This document shows positions 45,067-63,180 of a stretch of DNA of 64,000 nt, piece by piece. Position 1 is the first letter of the stretch. Every line of letters starts with the position of its first letter. The DNA is from the human T2T-CHM13v2.0 reference genome, Homo sapiens. The notes beneath the pieces are model-generated. The model did not search any database. It was not told the DNA's origin and saw only the letters and a list, made by a program, of their open reading frames with translations. The stretch is taken from the NCBI RefSeq assembly GCF_009914755.1, contig NC_060933.1. The stretch is one strand, 5' to 3'. The position numbers were made by a program, and so were the translations under genes.

Positions 45067-47226
45067 ATCTATCTCTTCTTATCAGTAATTGGGCAGTCTT
45101 GATACTGAGCTTCCCAGCTGTGGACCCACAACTAAATTAATGTAAGACCCAAAGATCTGAAACGCCCTTTAAGATGCCACCCTTGAGAATAAAGAATGTT
45201 AGATACCAGCAGAGGTTTATGCAAGAAGAAGATGGAGTGGTGGAGAAAAACTGGGAGTAAGAAAATTAAAGGAAGAGAAAATAATAGAAAAGAACAGTGA
45301 TCATTTGTATTAAATAATGAGAGTGAAAATAGGGCTAACAGTATTTTACAGGTGTAGTGGATCACAGGTTGTTGACATGTAACCAACAAGAACTGGACGA
45401 TATGGCTGCAACCCTTTGTCTGCAAAAGCTCACATGTATTGGCTAGTAATGTTCAAGTAATTAAGAGGACATTAATCAGTTAAATATCTATCCACACATG
45501 TTTTCTCTAAAAAAATTCAAGTCTCCATTTTTTTTCTGTCTAATACTTCTGACTTCAAGGATAGAATCAAGAGAACTGGGACCAGGAATTGCAACTATTG
45601 CAATGAGGCAAATCCCCACAATGTCCCAGGTCAGAGTTGAGAGAGGCAGCTAAACAATGGGACTGTACCCACCTATGACATGACCTTTTAAAACAGCTCT
45701 TTTTTTGTGCTTCTTTAGATGGATAGAAGTGAACTTATATCTATGCTTTGATTTTTGCAAAATTCTTAGTCTGTAAAAGATATAGTTGTGACTAGGAGAC
45801 TAACTCTCATTTGCCTCAGTCCTAAATTCAGTGTGTTCAGTATAACATTGAGGAAATAAAAATCATAATAATGATTTCAGAAGTGACATATTAACTCCAT
45901 ATTTTTGAAAGAAAGTGTGGTCAGGCTCTGTGCTAAAAAAATTCTACCTACTGATGTTGCAAAAGCGTGTCTTGAGATGATCTTTATAATGAAAACTAGA
46001 TTTCTGTGAATGTGCAATGACTTTTGGGTCCTTTTCTTTTCATATTCAAATATTATTTCCCTTCTGTGATATTTCCCCTTATTTATGGGTTTCTTTAATC
46101 ATATGCATATATTTTTTATGTTGAAACCTAGTAAAGGTATAAGCTTTTGTTTCATTTTTAGCATGAACCTAAGAAGCTCTTCCATCATGATCTATGGCTT
46201 TCATTATTAATTCTGTTTATAGACAGGATATAAATATAATATGAAAATCAAAAACAAGTTTTAAACAAAAATTGTTTTTAAAATTAGATTTTTCTCTTCA
46301 ACTTAAATATTTTACCCTTCCAAAGGGTGAGGGAAGGGGGAAAGATGAAAGTGGCAGAATTAATGTAGAAATAAAATGTTTGGAGCAGAGCTTGGGCTTT
46401 TTCCCATAGAGTGAATACTAAATTTTATCAGTATAATGATCCATCACAGTTTAAAGAAGCAACACATTTTCCAATTACAATGATAACTTTTAACATATCT
46501 AACATTTTAACATCTCTGTATCTTCTAATATATTAGACTTGAAAAATTCTGTAGTGATTGCTTGTCTCAGCATTTTGCAAACATCATCCTTGCTGTACCA
46601 AAACAGAGTTCGCCAGTTTTGGAAAGATGTGTGCGTGGCTGAACCTCTTCTGGGACTGGACAATGGACAGCAACTACTATACGTGCAAGTAGTTGTTCTC
46701 CGGTGAGCTGAAACAGTTACTCACATCACTTCCCATGCTCTGAGGTTCAGATGAGGAGCGCTGGTAGAGAAAGGCAGCTCTAGATCTTTGTAAGAAGGTA
46801 ATAAGACACGAAACTGTGCCCTTCAATGGAAAGTATTAATATAATACGTCTCTCCAAGGAAGGGCTGACAATGGGAGTTGAAAGCCACCAGACAGTAAGT
46901 GGCTCTCAAAATGAGTGGGAAGGTAGTTACACAAAGTTGGTGCCCCCATACTTGTCTGGAGGCCTAGCTGAAGAACCAATCCTAGCATGCCCCTCCAATC
47001 ATCGTGGCCACCCTAGGAACCAGCCCTAGCCACAGCCCTACTAGGCAAGAGTTGTCATGCTTCTTTTACAAACTTCGAGTAGACTTAAAGTTTTCCTTTT
47101 GTCTTCTTCACCAGAGAAAGAAAAAGTTTACTTTTGGACAGGTTGCATTAAAGCACTTTAGATATTCTCTTTTCTCTGGTGGAAGCCCGTATCTTAGGAG
47201 ACATGGGGAGCCTGCTGCTGGCTCAC

Positions 47227-47345
47227 CTGTCACAGAACTGGATCATGAAGCTTTCATCTGGTTTTTCCCAGGTGGGCATTTTAAATTTCTGCTTCAAAGT
47301 CTGTCTTTGTACTTTTAATAAATAAGACATTTGTACTGATGGAAT
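47227..47345 (-). other. Candidate 119-nt spliced exon (non-coding or pseudogenic)
   Basis: Acceptor ttttttccttcaagcctgtcttgcag| and donor CAG|GTGAGC in unique sequence; no recognisable product. Confidence 0.3.
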
Positions 47346-48147
47346 CTGCAAGACAGGCTTGAAGGAAAAAATAAATGTCTCAAAGTGAAAGTCTGTTTCT
47401 TTTTACATGAACAGTCATGTAAAAAATGTATTAAAAATAGCCTTTTTGACTTGGAGATCTATTATGTTCAGTAGCTAAACTATAACACAGAAGACCACAT
47501 GGAGCACATACATGAAATATTGTTGAGGTGGCCATTTGGAGTCCTGGGTTCTAGTAAGGACTCCACTTCAATTGGCCACATGATCCAAGGATGGGCATAT
47601 CACTTCTCCAGGACTTAGGGTCTTCATCTCTAAAGTGAAGGCTGAACATAACAGGTACCCTTAAAGCTGCAAAGCATCACACAACATTTCACACCTGTTT
47701 ACCCTCTCATTCTCTTAGATAACACTTTTTCTCTCTTTTCTCTTTCCTCAAAATGCCAGTGTCTCTTCTCCCAGTCTCATTCTTAGCTCCCTACTTCACC
47801 AGAAAACTGAGGCAATCAAAAAAGAATGTCCATGAGCTTCCAACATCACATTGGCTTATGGCTCTGATCTGAATGTGTCTCCTCCATAATTCAGGTATTG
47901 AAACTTAATGGCCAATGTGACAGTATTAAAAGATGGGCCTTTAAGGCCATGCGGGCTCCTCCCTCATCAAAGGGATAAAGGTCTTTCTAAAAGAGGCTTC
48001 ACACAGCGTCTGGCCCTCTTGCCATGCTACCTTCTGCCAGGTGAGAATGCAGCGAAAAGGACCTCACCAGATGCCAAAAGGACCTCACTGTCTCCTTGAT
48101 CCTGAATTTGTCAGCCTCTAGAACTGTGAGAAAATTAATTTCTTTTC

Positions 48148-48449
<302 letters not shown>

Positions 48450-50399
48450 AATTTCTTTTCTTTACACATTACTCAGGCTGTGGTATTCTGTTATAATAAC
48501 ACGAATAGACTGAGACCAAAATTGATACCAGGAGAATGGAGTGTTGCTACAACAAATACCCGAAAATGTAGAAGCAGCTTTGGAACTGAGTAATGGGTAG
48601 AGGCTGGAACCATTTTAAAGGGAATGCTGAAAAAGCCTGTATGGCCCAACATGGCACATTAAGGGTGATTCTGGTGAGGGCTCAGAACAAAAGGAGAGCT
48701 GTAGGGAAAGCCTGAACCTTCTTAGTTTATCTTAGACAAGTTCTTATATTATCTCAGTGGTTGTGACGAGAATACTGGTAGAAATATGGACAGTGAGGGC
48801 CTTTATTATGGTATCTTAAAGAGAAATCAGAAACACCTTACTGGAAACTGGAAGAAGGCCATCACTGTTACAAAGTAGCCAAGAAGTTGGCTGAATTATG
48901 TTCCTGCCTCAGTATTTTGTGGGAGGTAGAACTTAAGAGTGATGAACTAGGATACTTGATGAAAGAAATCTCTAAGCAGCAAAATGTTGAAGGAATTGCA
49001 CGGCTTCTCTCAACTGCTCATAGCAAAATGCAAAAAGAGAGAAATGACTTAAAGATGGAATTTATAATCAAAAGGGAAGCTCTCACATGTAAAGAATGTA
49101 AAGATTTGAAAAATTCTCAGCCTGGCCATGTAAATAATAAAAAAGCATGTTTAGTAGAGAAAACCAAGGGTGTGCCCAGTTGACAGTCCGATAAGCAAAT
49201 TAGTGTGAATAGCAGGAAGCCAGGAGCAATTTATCAAGATAATGAGAAAATGACCCCAAAGACATTTCAGAGATCTTTGAGGCCACCACATTCTTCACAG
49301 GCAGAGTGCTAGGGCCTTGGGGGCCGAACAGGTTTGAGGGAGGGGCCCAGGGTGCCCATGGGAACTTGGGGCTTACCATCCAGGGCCGCCTCAAATCTCT
49401 GCTCCCTGCATTCTGGCACAGTGCTCCTTGGCTGCCCCAGCTATGGCTCAAGCAGGCCCAGGTGTGACTCAAGTCACTGCTTCAGGAGGTATAGGCCATA
49501 GCACTTGGCAGCACCCATGTAGTGCGAACTCTGCAAGTGCACAGAGTTCAGGAGCTTTGAAGGCCTAGCTTCCTCCCCTAGGTTTCAGAGAATGCCACAG
49601 AGTGTCTCCACCAGAGGAATACACAGTGGAGCTGTGTGAGTGAGGCCACCTCAGAGAGTACTCACTAACACAAAATCTAGTGGAACTATGGGGGTAGGGC
49701 CATGCTGGAGACCTCCACATTTTAGAGTCACCAGGATGCAATGCCAGCGTGAAAGAGCTGCAGGTAGGAGACTCCAACCCATGAGGGCTGTGGTGTGGGC
49801 TGTGCCCAGCAAAGCTATGGGGTTGTGGCCTTTGGAGCCTTGGGGATCCAACCCCTGCCCCAGTCTGCCTTGAAGGTAAAACATGAGTCAAATAAAATTA
49901 TTCTCAAGCCTTAAGATCTAATGTTGTTTGCCCTTTTGGGTTTTGGATTTACTCAGAACTTGTTACCCCTTTCTTTTAGCCAATTTCTGCCTTTCAGGAT
50001 GGGAATGTCTATCCCACACCTATACCACCATTGTGTTTTGGAAGCTAATAACTTATTCGACTTTGCAGCCTCATTGCTGGAGGGAAATTTGCTTCAGGAT
50101 GAATTGTTCCTTGAGTCTCACTCATACCTGATTTACATAAACCTCTGGACTTTAGACTTTTGAGTTGTTGTTGGAATGAATGAAAACTTTTGGGGCTATT
50201 GGGATGGAATTAATAATGGATTTTGCACATGAGAAGGATATGAATTTTGAGTGGCCAGAGAAGAATGCTATGATTTGAATGTATTTCTGCCAAAATTAAT
50301 ATGTTGAAACTTAATGAAGAATGTGATCATATTGAGAGGTGAGGCCTTTAAGAGGAATTAGGCCATGAGGATTCCTCCTCCATGAATAGGATTAAGGAC

Positions 50400-50749
50400 T
50401 GTCTTAGTCCATTTTATGCTGTTACACAGAATACCACAGACTGGGTAATTTATAATAAATAGAAATTTATTGGCTCACTATTCTGGAGCTGGAAAGTCCA
50501 AGATCAAGGGGCTGACTCCTGCCTAGGGCCTTCATGTGTGTCCTTTCATCGTGAAGGGCATAAAAAAGGGGTGAGAGAGAAAAAAGCAGGCCAAATAGGT
50601 CCTTTTATAGGGAGCCCACTCCCACAATAGCAGCATTAATCCATTTATGAAGGCAGAGCCCTCATAGTGTAATCACCTCTTAATACTATTTTAATGATAA
50701 TTAAGTTTCTAACACATGATTTTTGGGAGGACACATTCAAACTGTAGCA
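50400..50749 (-). mobile_element. MST-type solo LTR nested antisense in the 3' LTR
   Basis: tgtcttagtccatttt...acattcaaactgtagca. Confidence 0.85.
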
Positions 50750-50952
50750 AAGCCCTTAAAAAACAGGCTAAATGCAGCATTTGGCTCTCTTGCCCTTCTG
50801 CCTTCTGTCATGTGCACAGGCAGCAAGAAGGGCCTCACCAGACATCAACTTCTGGCATCTTGATTTCGGGCTTCACAGTTTTTATACCTGTGAAAAACTT
50901 AATCACCCAATCTGTGGTCATCTGTCACAGCAGCACAAAATGAACAAAGACA

Positions 50953-51750
50953 CTTACCCACCAGTACCTACACCCACAGAGTCTGCCTTCTCACCTTTTA
51001 ACTTTTAACCTTTTAACTACCCTTACACATATACAAAGCTCATACTTCACCTATTCAAAAATAGAAGTCGCAAGATTAGCTCACCTCTGGCCTTTGGATT
51101 TTTCCTTGGAAGATTCTATTAGCATCCAGTCCTGCTATATTCCCTATCCTTAAGGGCACGACAACAATAGAACACAAACAAAAAGAAACTTTTCTTGGCT
51201 TTACTTTCTCTGCGAGCTCCTGTCCCATTTCTATTCTCTTTTGCAACACAATTCCTTGAAGGAGTTATCCACACTCTTTTAAAATATTTTTCTCTGTTAT
51301 TCTTGTAAACACAGTCCAATCAGATTTTTCAGCACTCCCCCTACACTGCTCTTGTCAAAGTGTCCAACAAACCTCACATTGCTAAAATCAGTGGTCAACT
51401 CTCAATTCTCACATTACTCACACTATCTGCAGCATCTGATATAATTGATTACGACTCTTCCTTGTTAATTTTTTTCTTGTTTCAGTCAGTCTTTTGGCAT
51501 TAGTTCCATCCATATGCCACTGACTTCCAAATGTGGCTCTCTTAGCCAACACCTCTCTCCCAAACTGCAAACTAAAATTCCAAAAGGCTTATTTGACTCT
51601 TTTTAGATGTCTTAGAGATATCTCAAACTTATCAGTGTTCAAACCTGAACTCCTGATCTTTGCATTCAAAACTTTGTTTACCTGTAAACTTCCTAATCTC
51701 ATCTGGTGGAAACTCCATTCTCACACTAGCTTACACCAAATATTTAAGAG
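50953..51750 (-). mobile_element. L2 fragments
   Basis: ctgctcttgtcaaag...attgctaaaatcagtggtca; atctcaaactt...aaacctgaactcctgat. Confidence 0.7.
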
Positions 51751-53119
51751 TCAGACTCATTTGATGGTCTCTTATGAGCTCACACTTGCAGTTTCACTCC
51801 TATGGAGCTCAGCCAGGGCTAGAACTTCCATTATGGTTTAAATCATATGGCTGGTAGTTGTGCTGACTACTGGCTGACTCTGGGGCTCTGTTCTCCGTCA
51901 GTCTAGCTTAGCTTTCTATCAGCATGGCAGCTGCATTCCAAGACATAAAAAATGGAAGGTGTGGGGATTCTTGAAGTTTTGTCTTTGGAGTTGCACATTG
52001 TCATTTCTACCACATGATATTGGTTAAAGCAACTCATAAGATTAGTCCAGATTTAAGGGGAGGTAAGATAGAGTCTATGTCTTGATGGAAAAGTGGAAAA
52101 GTCATATTGCAAAAGGGCATGTAAGATAGAATGGAGTGTTGCAGTCGTCTTTGGAAACAATCGACCATATAGGACATCTTCAAATTACAAAATAAGCTAC
52201 TTGCCCTAGAATGTGCCCTCTTTCCCCTTCTGTTACAAGCACATGACCCAGCTGTGATTAGGCAGATATGGACCATACCCTAGGGCATGGAATAGCAAAA
52301 AGTTGAAAGAAACCTGTACTTGGATAATCATGCAAAGCTGAGTTGCTCATCCCATGACTGTTAGGTAAAGACAAAAAACTTTCTTCCATCTCCGTTTCTA
52401 CCCGTTCCCTTTCACCCTCACCCCTTGTATCTTTGATGTTCCCTGAACTGGCCAGGCACTCTCCAGCCTTAGTCCTTTTAATTGTTCTGTCCACCTGAAA
52501 CATTCTTTCCACAAATATCTACAGAGCTCGCTTCTTCACTTCATGCAAGGGTTTATTTAACTATCACCCACTTAATAAAGTATTTTTGACCACACTTTTT
52601 AAAATAAAAATCCATGACTAATGAAGACTGACACACATTTAGTCCTTTGAACAATATCTAGATAAAAATGTCTGTGGAGTGAAAAGAATAAATGCTGACT
52701 TTGCTGTTCACTGGTTTTCTTCAGGAAAGTCTCATTATTTCTCAGACTACTTCATCAGAAAATGGAGATAACAATGGCTTTCTTTTACGGTCATTGTGAA
52801 ACTTAGATGGCTCCGTGTTTGAGAAGTCCTCCTTATGAGGTCGCCCTCATGATTGCTCTTCACTTGAGTTCAGGCTCCCGCTCTTTGTCACTCCCCTTTG
52901 TGGAGACAGACAGACTTTCTGGAGCTGACTAACCTTGACTAACCTCTCACTACCCAACCCACATCTGGCTACAGGGGAAAGAACATTGTCACAGGAACTA
53001 GGCTGGTTGTACCATCCCCACAAGAGTGTATTCAGATTCTTCTTGAGAAGAGTCTAGAATTGCACCAGAACTCTGATCCCCAGCCCAAAAGCTTGCATCA
53101 ATGTGGTATTTTTATAAAC

Positions 53120-54778
53120 ATGTACATAGTGAAATGACTACCATAATCAAGCTAATTAGCATATCCATCACCTCACATATTTACCTTCCTTTTTTATTGT
53201 ATGAGAACTCTTAAGATCTATTCTCTTAGCAAATTCCAAGTATACAATACAGTATTATTAACAATAGTCACCATGCTGTACATTAGATCTCCAGGACTTA
53301 TTTCTCTTGCATAACTGAAATTGGACTCTTTATTCAACGTCTCCCAATTTCCCCTACCCCCAACCCCTGGCAAACATTACTCTATGCTCTGCTACCTGGA
53401 TATTTTGTCTCTCTACGTACATTTTAGATTGCACAAAATAATTTGCTGTTGTAATGAATGGCATTGCACTGGATCCACAAATCAAGTTAGGAAGACATCT
53501 TGACAACATTGAGTCTCTCTATCCATGTATATGGAATAGCTCTCCATGTATTTAGTTCTTTGATTTCTTTCATCAGCTTTATAGCTTTCCTCATATAGAT
53601 CTTATACAAATTTGGTAGATGTATACCTATGTTTTTAATTTCTAGGGGTGCTAATGTAAATGATATTCTGTTTTTAATTTCAAATTCCACTTGTTTATTG
53701 CTGATGTATAGGAAAGTGATTGATTTTTGGATATTAGCTGTGCTCTTATTTTTATTTCCCTCATTTTCCTTGTTGTGAATTTACTTTGTTCTTCTTTCTT
53801 ATTTCTTGAGTAGGAACTTAAGAGTATTGACTTGAGGACACAAATGATGCTGAATAACCAAAACAATATTTAGCAAAAAGAACGAAGCTGGAGGCATTAT
53901 ACTCCCTGATTTCAGAACATGTTATAAAGTGATATTAATTAAAACCACATAGGTACTCCTATAAAAACAGACACATTGACCAATGGAACAGGATAGAAAG
54001 CCCAGAAATAAACCCAGCCATTTGATTTTTGACAAAGGTTCCTAGAACACACAGTGGGGAAAGCACAGCTTTCTCAATAAATGCTGTGGGAAAAACTGAG
54101 TATCTGCATGTAGAAGAATGAAATGAGATCCTTATATCATACCATATACAAAAATTAACTCTAAATTGATGAAAGACTTAAATATAAGACTTGAAACTGT
54201 AAAACTATTACATGAAAACAGAGAAAATGATCCAAGATATTGGTTTGATCAGCAATTTTTTTGGATATAACCCTGAAAGCATAGGGAACAAAAGCAAAAA
54301 TAAACAAATGGGATGACATCAAGATTAACTATCTTAATTATATTATTTGATGAATAGAAGTCATTAATTTATAGAAGTTCAATTTAATAAACTTTAAAAA
54401 TATTTGGTGTCTTTTTGGTCCTATTTAAGAAATCTTTGCCTATCTCAAGGTCATGGAAGATATTTTGTACTTTTTTGTTATAGAATTTGTATTGTTTTTA
54501 CTGTCTAAGCTTCCACATTGTGGCCTATGATCCATCCTGAATAAATGTTGTTAAAAATTAAACTTTGACTTAGCTTACTATAAATGATATTTATATTTAT
54601 GTATTACATAATTTATTTACATATTCTCATATGTAATACATATTATTTTACTATAAACACTATAATTAAGGCAGAATAGATAGTTTAGATACATATTCAT
54701 GAAGATGCCACTTCCATTCAATGGACAAAAGGATAGTCTTTTCAATAAAATTTACTAGGTCAGTTAGATATCTGTAGA
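53120..54778. mobile_element. Mosaic of L1M fragments (L1MA 3' end minus, ORF2 pieces minus and plus)
   Basis: catatccatcacctcaca; MEFEIKNRISFTLAP...; aagctggaggcattatactccctgatttc. Confidence 0.78.
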
Positions 54779-55542
54779 TGTGGTGGGTAATTTTGTCTTT
54801 AAACTTGGCTGGGCCACAGTGCCCAGATATTTGGTCAAACATTATTCTGAATGTTTCTGTCAAGATTTTTTCATTTGGATAAGAATAATACATAAATCAG
54901 TGGACTTAGGGTATGCACATTACCCTCCATAGTGTGGATGGGCCTTCTCCAATCAGTTGAAAGACTTAATAGAGCAAAGACTGGCCGGGCACGGTGGCTC
55001 ACGCCTGTAATCCCAGCACTTTGGGAGGCTGAGGTGGGCAGATCACGAGGTCAGGAGATAGAGACCATCCTGGCTAACACGGTGAAACCCCATCTCTACT
55101 AAAAATACAAAAAATTAGCCGGGCGTAGTGGCAGGCACCTGTAGTCCCAGCTACTCAGGAGGCTGAGGCAGAAGAATAGTGTGAACCTGGGAGGTGGAGC
55201 TTGCAGTGAGCTGAGATGCCACTGCACTCCAGCCTGGGCGACAGAGCAAGACTCTGTCTCAAAAAATAATAATAATAATAATAGAGCAAAGACTGACACT
55301 TCCTGAGCAAGGAGGAATTCTGCTAGTAGACTGCCTTTGGAGTCAAACTGCAACTCTTCCCTGGGTCTCGAGCCTGCTGGCCTAACCTGTAGATTTTGGA
55401 TTAACCAAGCCCTTACAATTGTGTAAGCCAATTTTAAAAAATAAATCTCTTGATATAGATAGGTAGATAGATAGATAGAAGGACAGATAGACATTCTGCT
55501 TTTCTGCTGGTTCTCTTTTCCTGGAGAACCCTGACTAATACA
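54779..55542 (+). mobile_element. MLT2 solo LTR interrupted by an AluY, with a (GATA)n
   Basis: tgtggtgggtaatttt...gtgcccagatatttggtcaaacattattctg...ggagaaccctgactaataca. Confidence 0.88.
54983..55278 (+). mobile_element. AluY
   Basis: (AAT)n tail; TSD taatagagcaaagact. Confidence 0.97.
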
Positions 55543-56039
55543 ATTCGGAAAAACACGTATCTTGACCTGCACTTCACCATGCACAAAAATTAATTTAAAA
55601 TGAATCATAGTATCCTGCTCATTTTTAATTCTTCAGATAAAAATTTACCTACTATATCTTTAGAATAAACTTTTAATAAAAGTTAATTAAAATTAAGTTT
55701 TAATTTTATTTTTATGTTTTTTTCTCTCCCTTGTGAAACAGTAGTACACTTGAAAACAGGAGAATTTTTTTTTATGTTACCAACGCAGTTCCTGGTAACA
55801 AATTTTTAGAGGCTACTATGTGTCAGGCTCTGTGATAAGCATTTTAAGCACTTTACTTCCATAAGTCCTCGGAATAATCATACCCTCTTATGTAAGTATT
55901 ATTATGACCACCAAATCACAGATAAGAAAACAAGCATTAGAGAGAAATTAAGTCCAACTGATTCTAAATGCAGGACGCTTGTACACTAGGTCTCCCTACA
56001 TGGCTCCTCAATAAATAAATTCATTAAGAAATAAGAAGG

Positions 56040-56369
<330 letters not shown>

Positions 56370-57419
56370 TCATATGAGAATAAGGAAAAGGAAAAAAGAA
56401 TGTAAATGAAAGATAAAGACAGAGAACAAGAAGAAAACACAGCGGAGAATCAGAAATAAAGAAGATTGTTGAAAGAAGAGAATATATTACTATATTTATT
56501 TATTGAATATATTGATTAGGCTCTGTTCTAGGTGGCGGGATAAAGATAGATGTATTATCTATGTAAATAATATATAAATAATAAATATATATTACATAAT
56601 TTATAAACAAGATAAATTATCTATTTATAGTCCAATCATGAAGATGGCACATTAATACCTGACAATAACAGGTAGAAATAGAGCCAGTGAAGATGAGACA
56701 GAAAGCATCATAAGGATCGGGAAACACAAGGACAACATGGAATGGGCTGGTTTTGGAGTTTTAACTCTGCCTCAAGAAGTTATGGTACTTGCCTAAGCAA
56801 AGAGGTGGAAGTCTTACAGAAAAGGAAAATATGAACGGACATAGCTGAGTGTTGGAAGAAAAGATGAGGGTTGAGCTAAGTTGAGCTGCCAGGGTAGAGA
56901 GTAGGGCAGAAGTTAATTTCCAACAAGGTGCTCAGAAGGATCTGATCATGGAAAGTCTGGGTTTTATAGATTTCATCCTTTTAACAGAGGAGCAGCTAAA
57001 GCAGACCTTTCCTTTGGGACGATTGTCAGGACGGAGGACACAGGGTCAGTTAGAGAAGGGTAACAGAAGTGACGAATGACCATGGAAGCTTATGGGTGGT
57101 TTAGGCATAAGGTAACCAGGGCCTGAGACCAGAGAAATTCCAGCAGCAAGAGAAATAAGAGAAAATAGAAATGGGAAGTATAGGAAAAGGAAACATTTTA
57201 AAGCTCTTATTCCATCTCTGGGCGAGCTTATACGTATACGGTCTAGAGTTTTTTCTCTTGTTGATGGTGAAAGGGAATAAACAGCATGAAACTCACCCTG
57301 GAGGCTAAGATAGTTTGACTCAGAGTTCCCCCCACCGCTTGACCTTTCATGACCCTGGGTACACACTAACTCTGAAGTTAGTGGGCAAGGTGGGCAGGGG
57401 CTCATGGACTCCATAAAAT

Positions 57420-57600
57420 CCATCTGACTGTTAGCTCTGTCTTTCACCAGGTGGGGGGGCCAGGGGCTGTGGCTTAACCTCATTGTGCCTCAGCCAATTC
57501 TTCTGCATGTAAAATGAGGATATTCACTATGTGGCCATTGTGAGATGATCCATGAAAACCTGTGTAGCACTGAGCACAGTGTTCTCAGTAAATGCTGAGC
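57420..57600 (+). mobile_element. MIR
   Basis: cttaacctcattgtgcctcag...tgtaaaatgagga...ctcagtaaatgct. Confidence 0.75.
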
Positions 57601-58065
57601 CCTAATACCCAATATACCCACAGCTCCATGCATGTGCTCCTTAGCAAGCATACGCAGACAGCTTGGCTTATCTGCTTGTGTCACATTATAAAAGTTGGCT
57701 TCCTGGTTATTTCTACAGTGCAGCCCATAATACCGATTTCCTTAAGAGCAAAAAAAAAAAAATGCCTTATTTCTTTCCTCAAAAATGAGAATTGGCCTTT
57801 TAAAACTTTTCCTCAAATGACAGGACTGGTGCTGTAAATGCTTATGAAGACTGGTCTCTTTGCATGTACGGGCTTATCTTCCTGAAGATATGAAGCTGTG
57901 GCTAGCTGCTTTCTTCTGTTTCCTAACGACCACAGAATGCACAAAGTAGAGGTGCAAGTGGAAGCTGCAAAGAGCTCTACAACCTCTGTCAAGGTGCTTG
58001 TCCTTGCCCAAGCTATTACTGTTCTTGGTGGAGATTATTCCCCGCTGATCTAAAATATGCTCTAA

Positions 58066-58412
<347 letters not shown>

Positions 58413-58620
58413 CTATTTCTTGGGACATGAGCATTCTTTAACTGAGTTTAAAAGTTCTTGAATTATAAATGGATAGAAATACAGCTTCACAGAGGTATGC
58501 TCATAAAGGAGTCTTCACACTTGAAGATACAGTGGACACATACACACACGCACACACACACACGTTTAGAGAAGTTCCCTTAATCAATCTGACAGCATGT
58601 AGTTATAAAAAACACAAATT

Positions 58621-59009
<389 letters not shown>

Positions 59010-59626
59010 TTACTTTCTATGTTTGGAACTACACTTATTATCATGCCATTACTCAATAAACATGCATCACAATGTCCCCATACCACCATGAATGGGCACA
59101 AATAACCCCATCCTATTGTGGTGGGGTTAATTTTTTAGGACAGCAGGTGCTGTCCACTGTTAAGAGCGTCAGTTTGCCTGATTTTTTCAAGTTTATTCTC
59201 CAAGAGCCTTTCACTCAGGTTGGGTCTGCAAAGCACCAGCAAGTCCAACAACTCAACCAAATGTCTACAGCTGCGGGTGGCAGATAAGTATAGCAGCTAA
59301 CCCAAAGCAAATAAAAACAACTCCTAGGGGAAATAAGAGGGATGCTGGGAGGGCTTTTTATTTGAGTGCCACTGTGGTCTTACTGATTTGAGTGCCCACT
59401 TGTTTCAGAATTTAGGGTGTGGGAGTGACCAAGGAGCACAGTGACTAGAGGAAACTAGAAACAAAATAGACATTGTTCACTTTGGTTGCTAAATTTAATA
59501 TGTCCCTATTGCACTTTTTGTTTTGGGAAATTTTTCCAACATTAAGAAAAGCCCTTTTAAAGAAGAGTGTTAAAACATTGGTTACATGAGAACCAAGGAG
59601 GATTCACCTTACAAGGTGAAATTATG

Positions 59627-61922
<2,296 letters not shown>

Positions 61923-63017
61923 AGAAAAATGTTATTTATATTCTAATGGTACCAACTTCAATACGCTTTATCACTCTGAACCACAGTTTTTTAATTTAAT
62001 AAGGAAAATTGGGTAGAAAAATATATTAAAATATATATTAATCTATCAAATACTACACAAAGACAAGTCTTTAAATGGGTTGGGCAATATGCTGAAGTTG
62101 ATCACCAGTAAAACGTTGAGTAACCCCTCCATAGAATTCCCATAGAAATCTCTTCCTTACCATAAACCTAAGATCATTGCTCTCTCTCACTACCACAGGG
62201 ATGTGATTTTAGCATTTGTATCCAATTTACCGGTAGCCTAAGCCATCAGTGAGATATTTGGCATTCTGTATCTAAGCCTGTTCCCTCACCACCACACTTC
62301 TTCATTTCTCTTGGTTCTATTCTATCTGTAGAAGACACTGAAAAGTGACGAGATGTGCTGTTGAAAATCTGTTTCAAAATCATACACTCATTGCTCACTA
62401 AATATTAGCTCTTCAGTCCCCTGGAGGTACCTGGGATCAGTCTCTCCCGCCTCTCTATGTAGAAGAGGGAGGGGTACTCTGACTGTTGGGCAGTTGTATA
62501 TTCTCTCGGTTTTCAAAAATGTCTACTAATTAAATGCCATTGGACATGTGCTCCTACTTCCTGTGGGGGATGAGACACTGTGTGACACAAAAGACAAAAT
62601 GTCCTTTCTGTACGTTATTATGTCGCTTTGTTCATATTCTGTGACCCTACACATTTATAATGTCACCTTTACCTTTCATTATGTTCATACGTGCACACTA
62701 TATTCTGAGACCCCTCATTTCATTGTTGATTTGTCCATTTCTGAACAAACAGCAGTTTTAATTATTTTAACTTCAGACTTTTCAGTACGAAAAGTCATAT
62801 CTGATTTTTATCTTGCTTGAAAATGCTTCTTACTCGTATTCTCCTCAGGATGAAATTCCCCTCATCCCGATACTCAGTAACCTCATTCATTCCATCCATT
62901 CCACCTGACTTTCTCCCCATCTATTAGCTCCTGCTGTATTCGTTTCTCATCTTATCAAGCTTAGGAAGAATATCGTCCATTATTTACCATTTCCTCTCTT
63001 GTATCATTAGTCAAAAC

Positions 63018-63180
63018 TGTGTTTCTCCAAGTGTGGTCCATGAAACTATTGCCTCTGAATTACCAGGGGTACTTGCTAAAATGCATATTCCTAGGCCCCA
63101 TTCAATCTGGAATGAATGAAGCTTGAAATCTGCAAATGGAATATGCGCCTCTGAAGTACATTATCATTTGATAGCTGCTT
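63018..63180. mobile_element. MER5-like hAT-Charlie relic
   Basis: tttctccaagtgtggtcc...ttgctaaaatgcatattcctaggcccc. Confidence 0.7.

Noticed and set aside
48887-49183. 98-aa ORF with coiled-coil-like composition
   Set aside because: Remnant of the MaLR internal region
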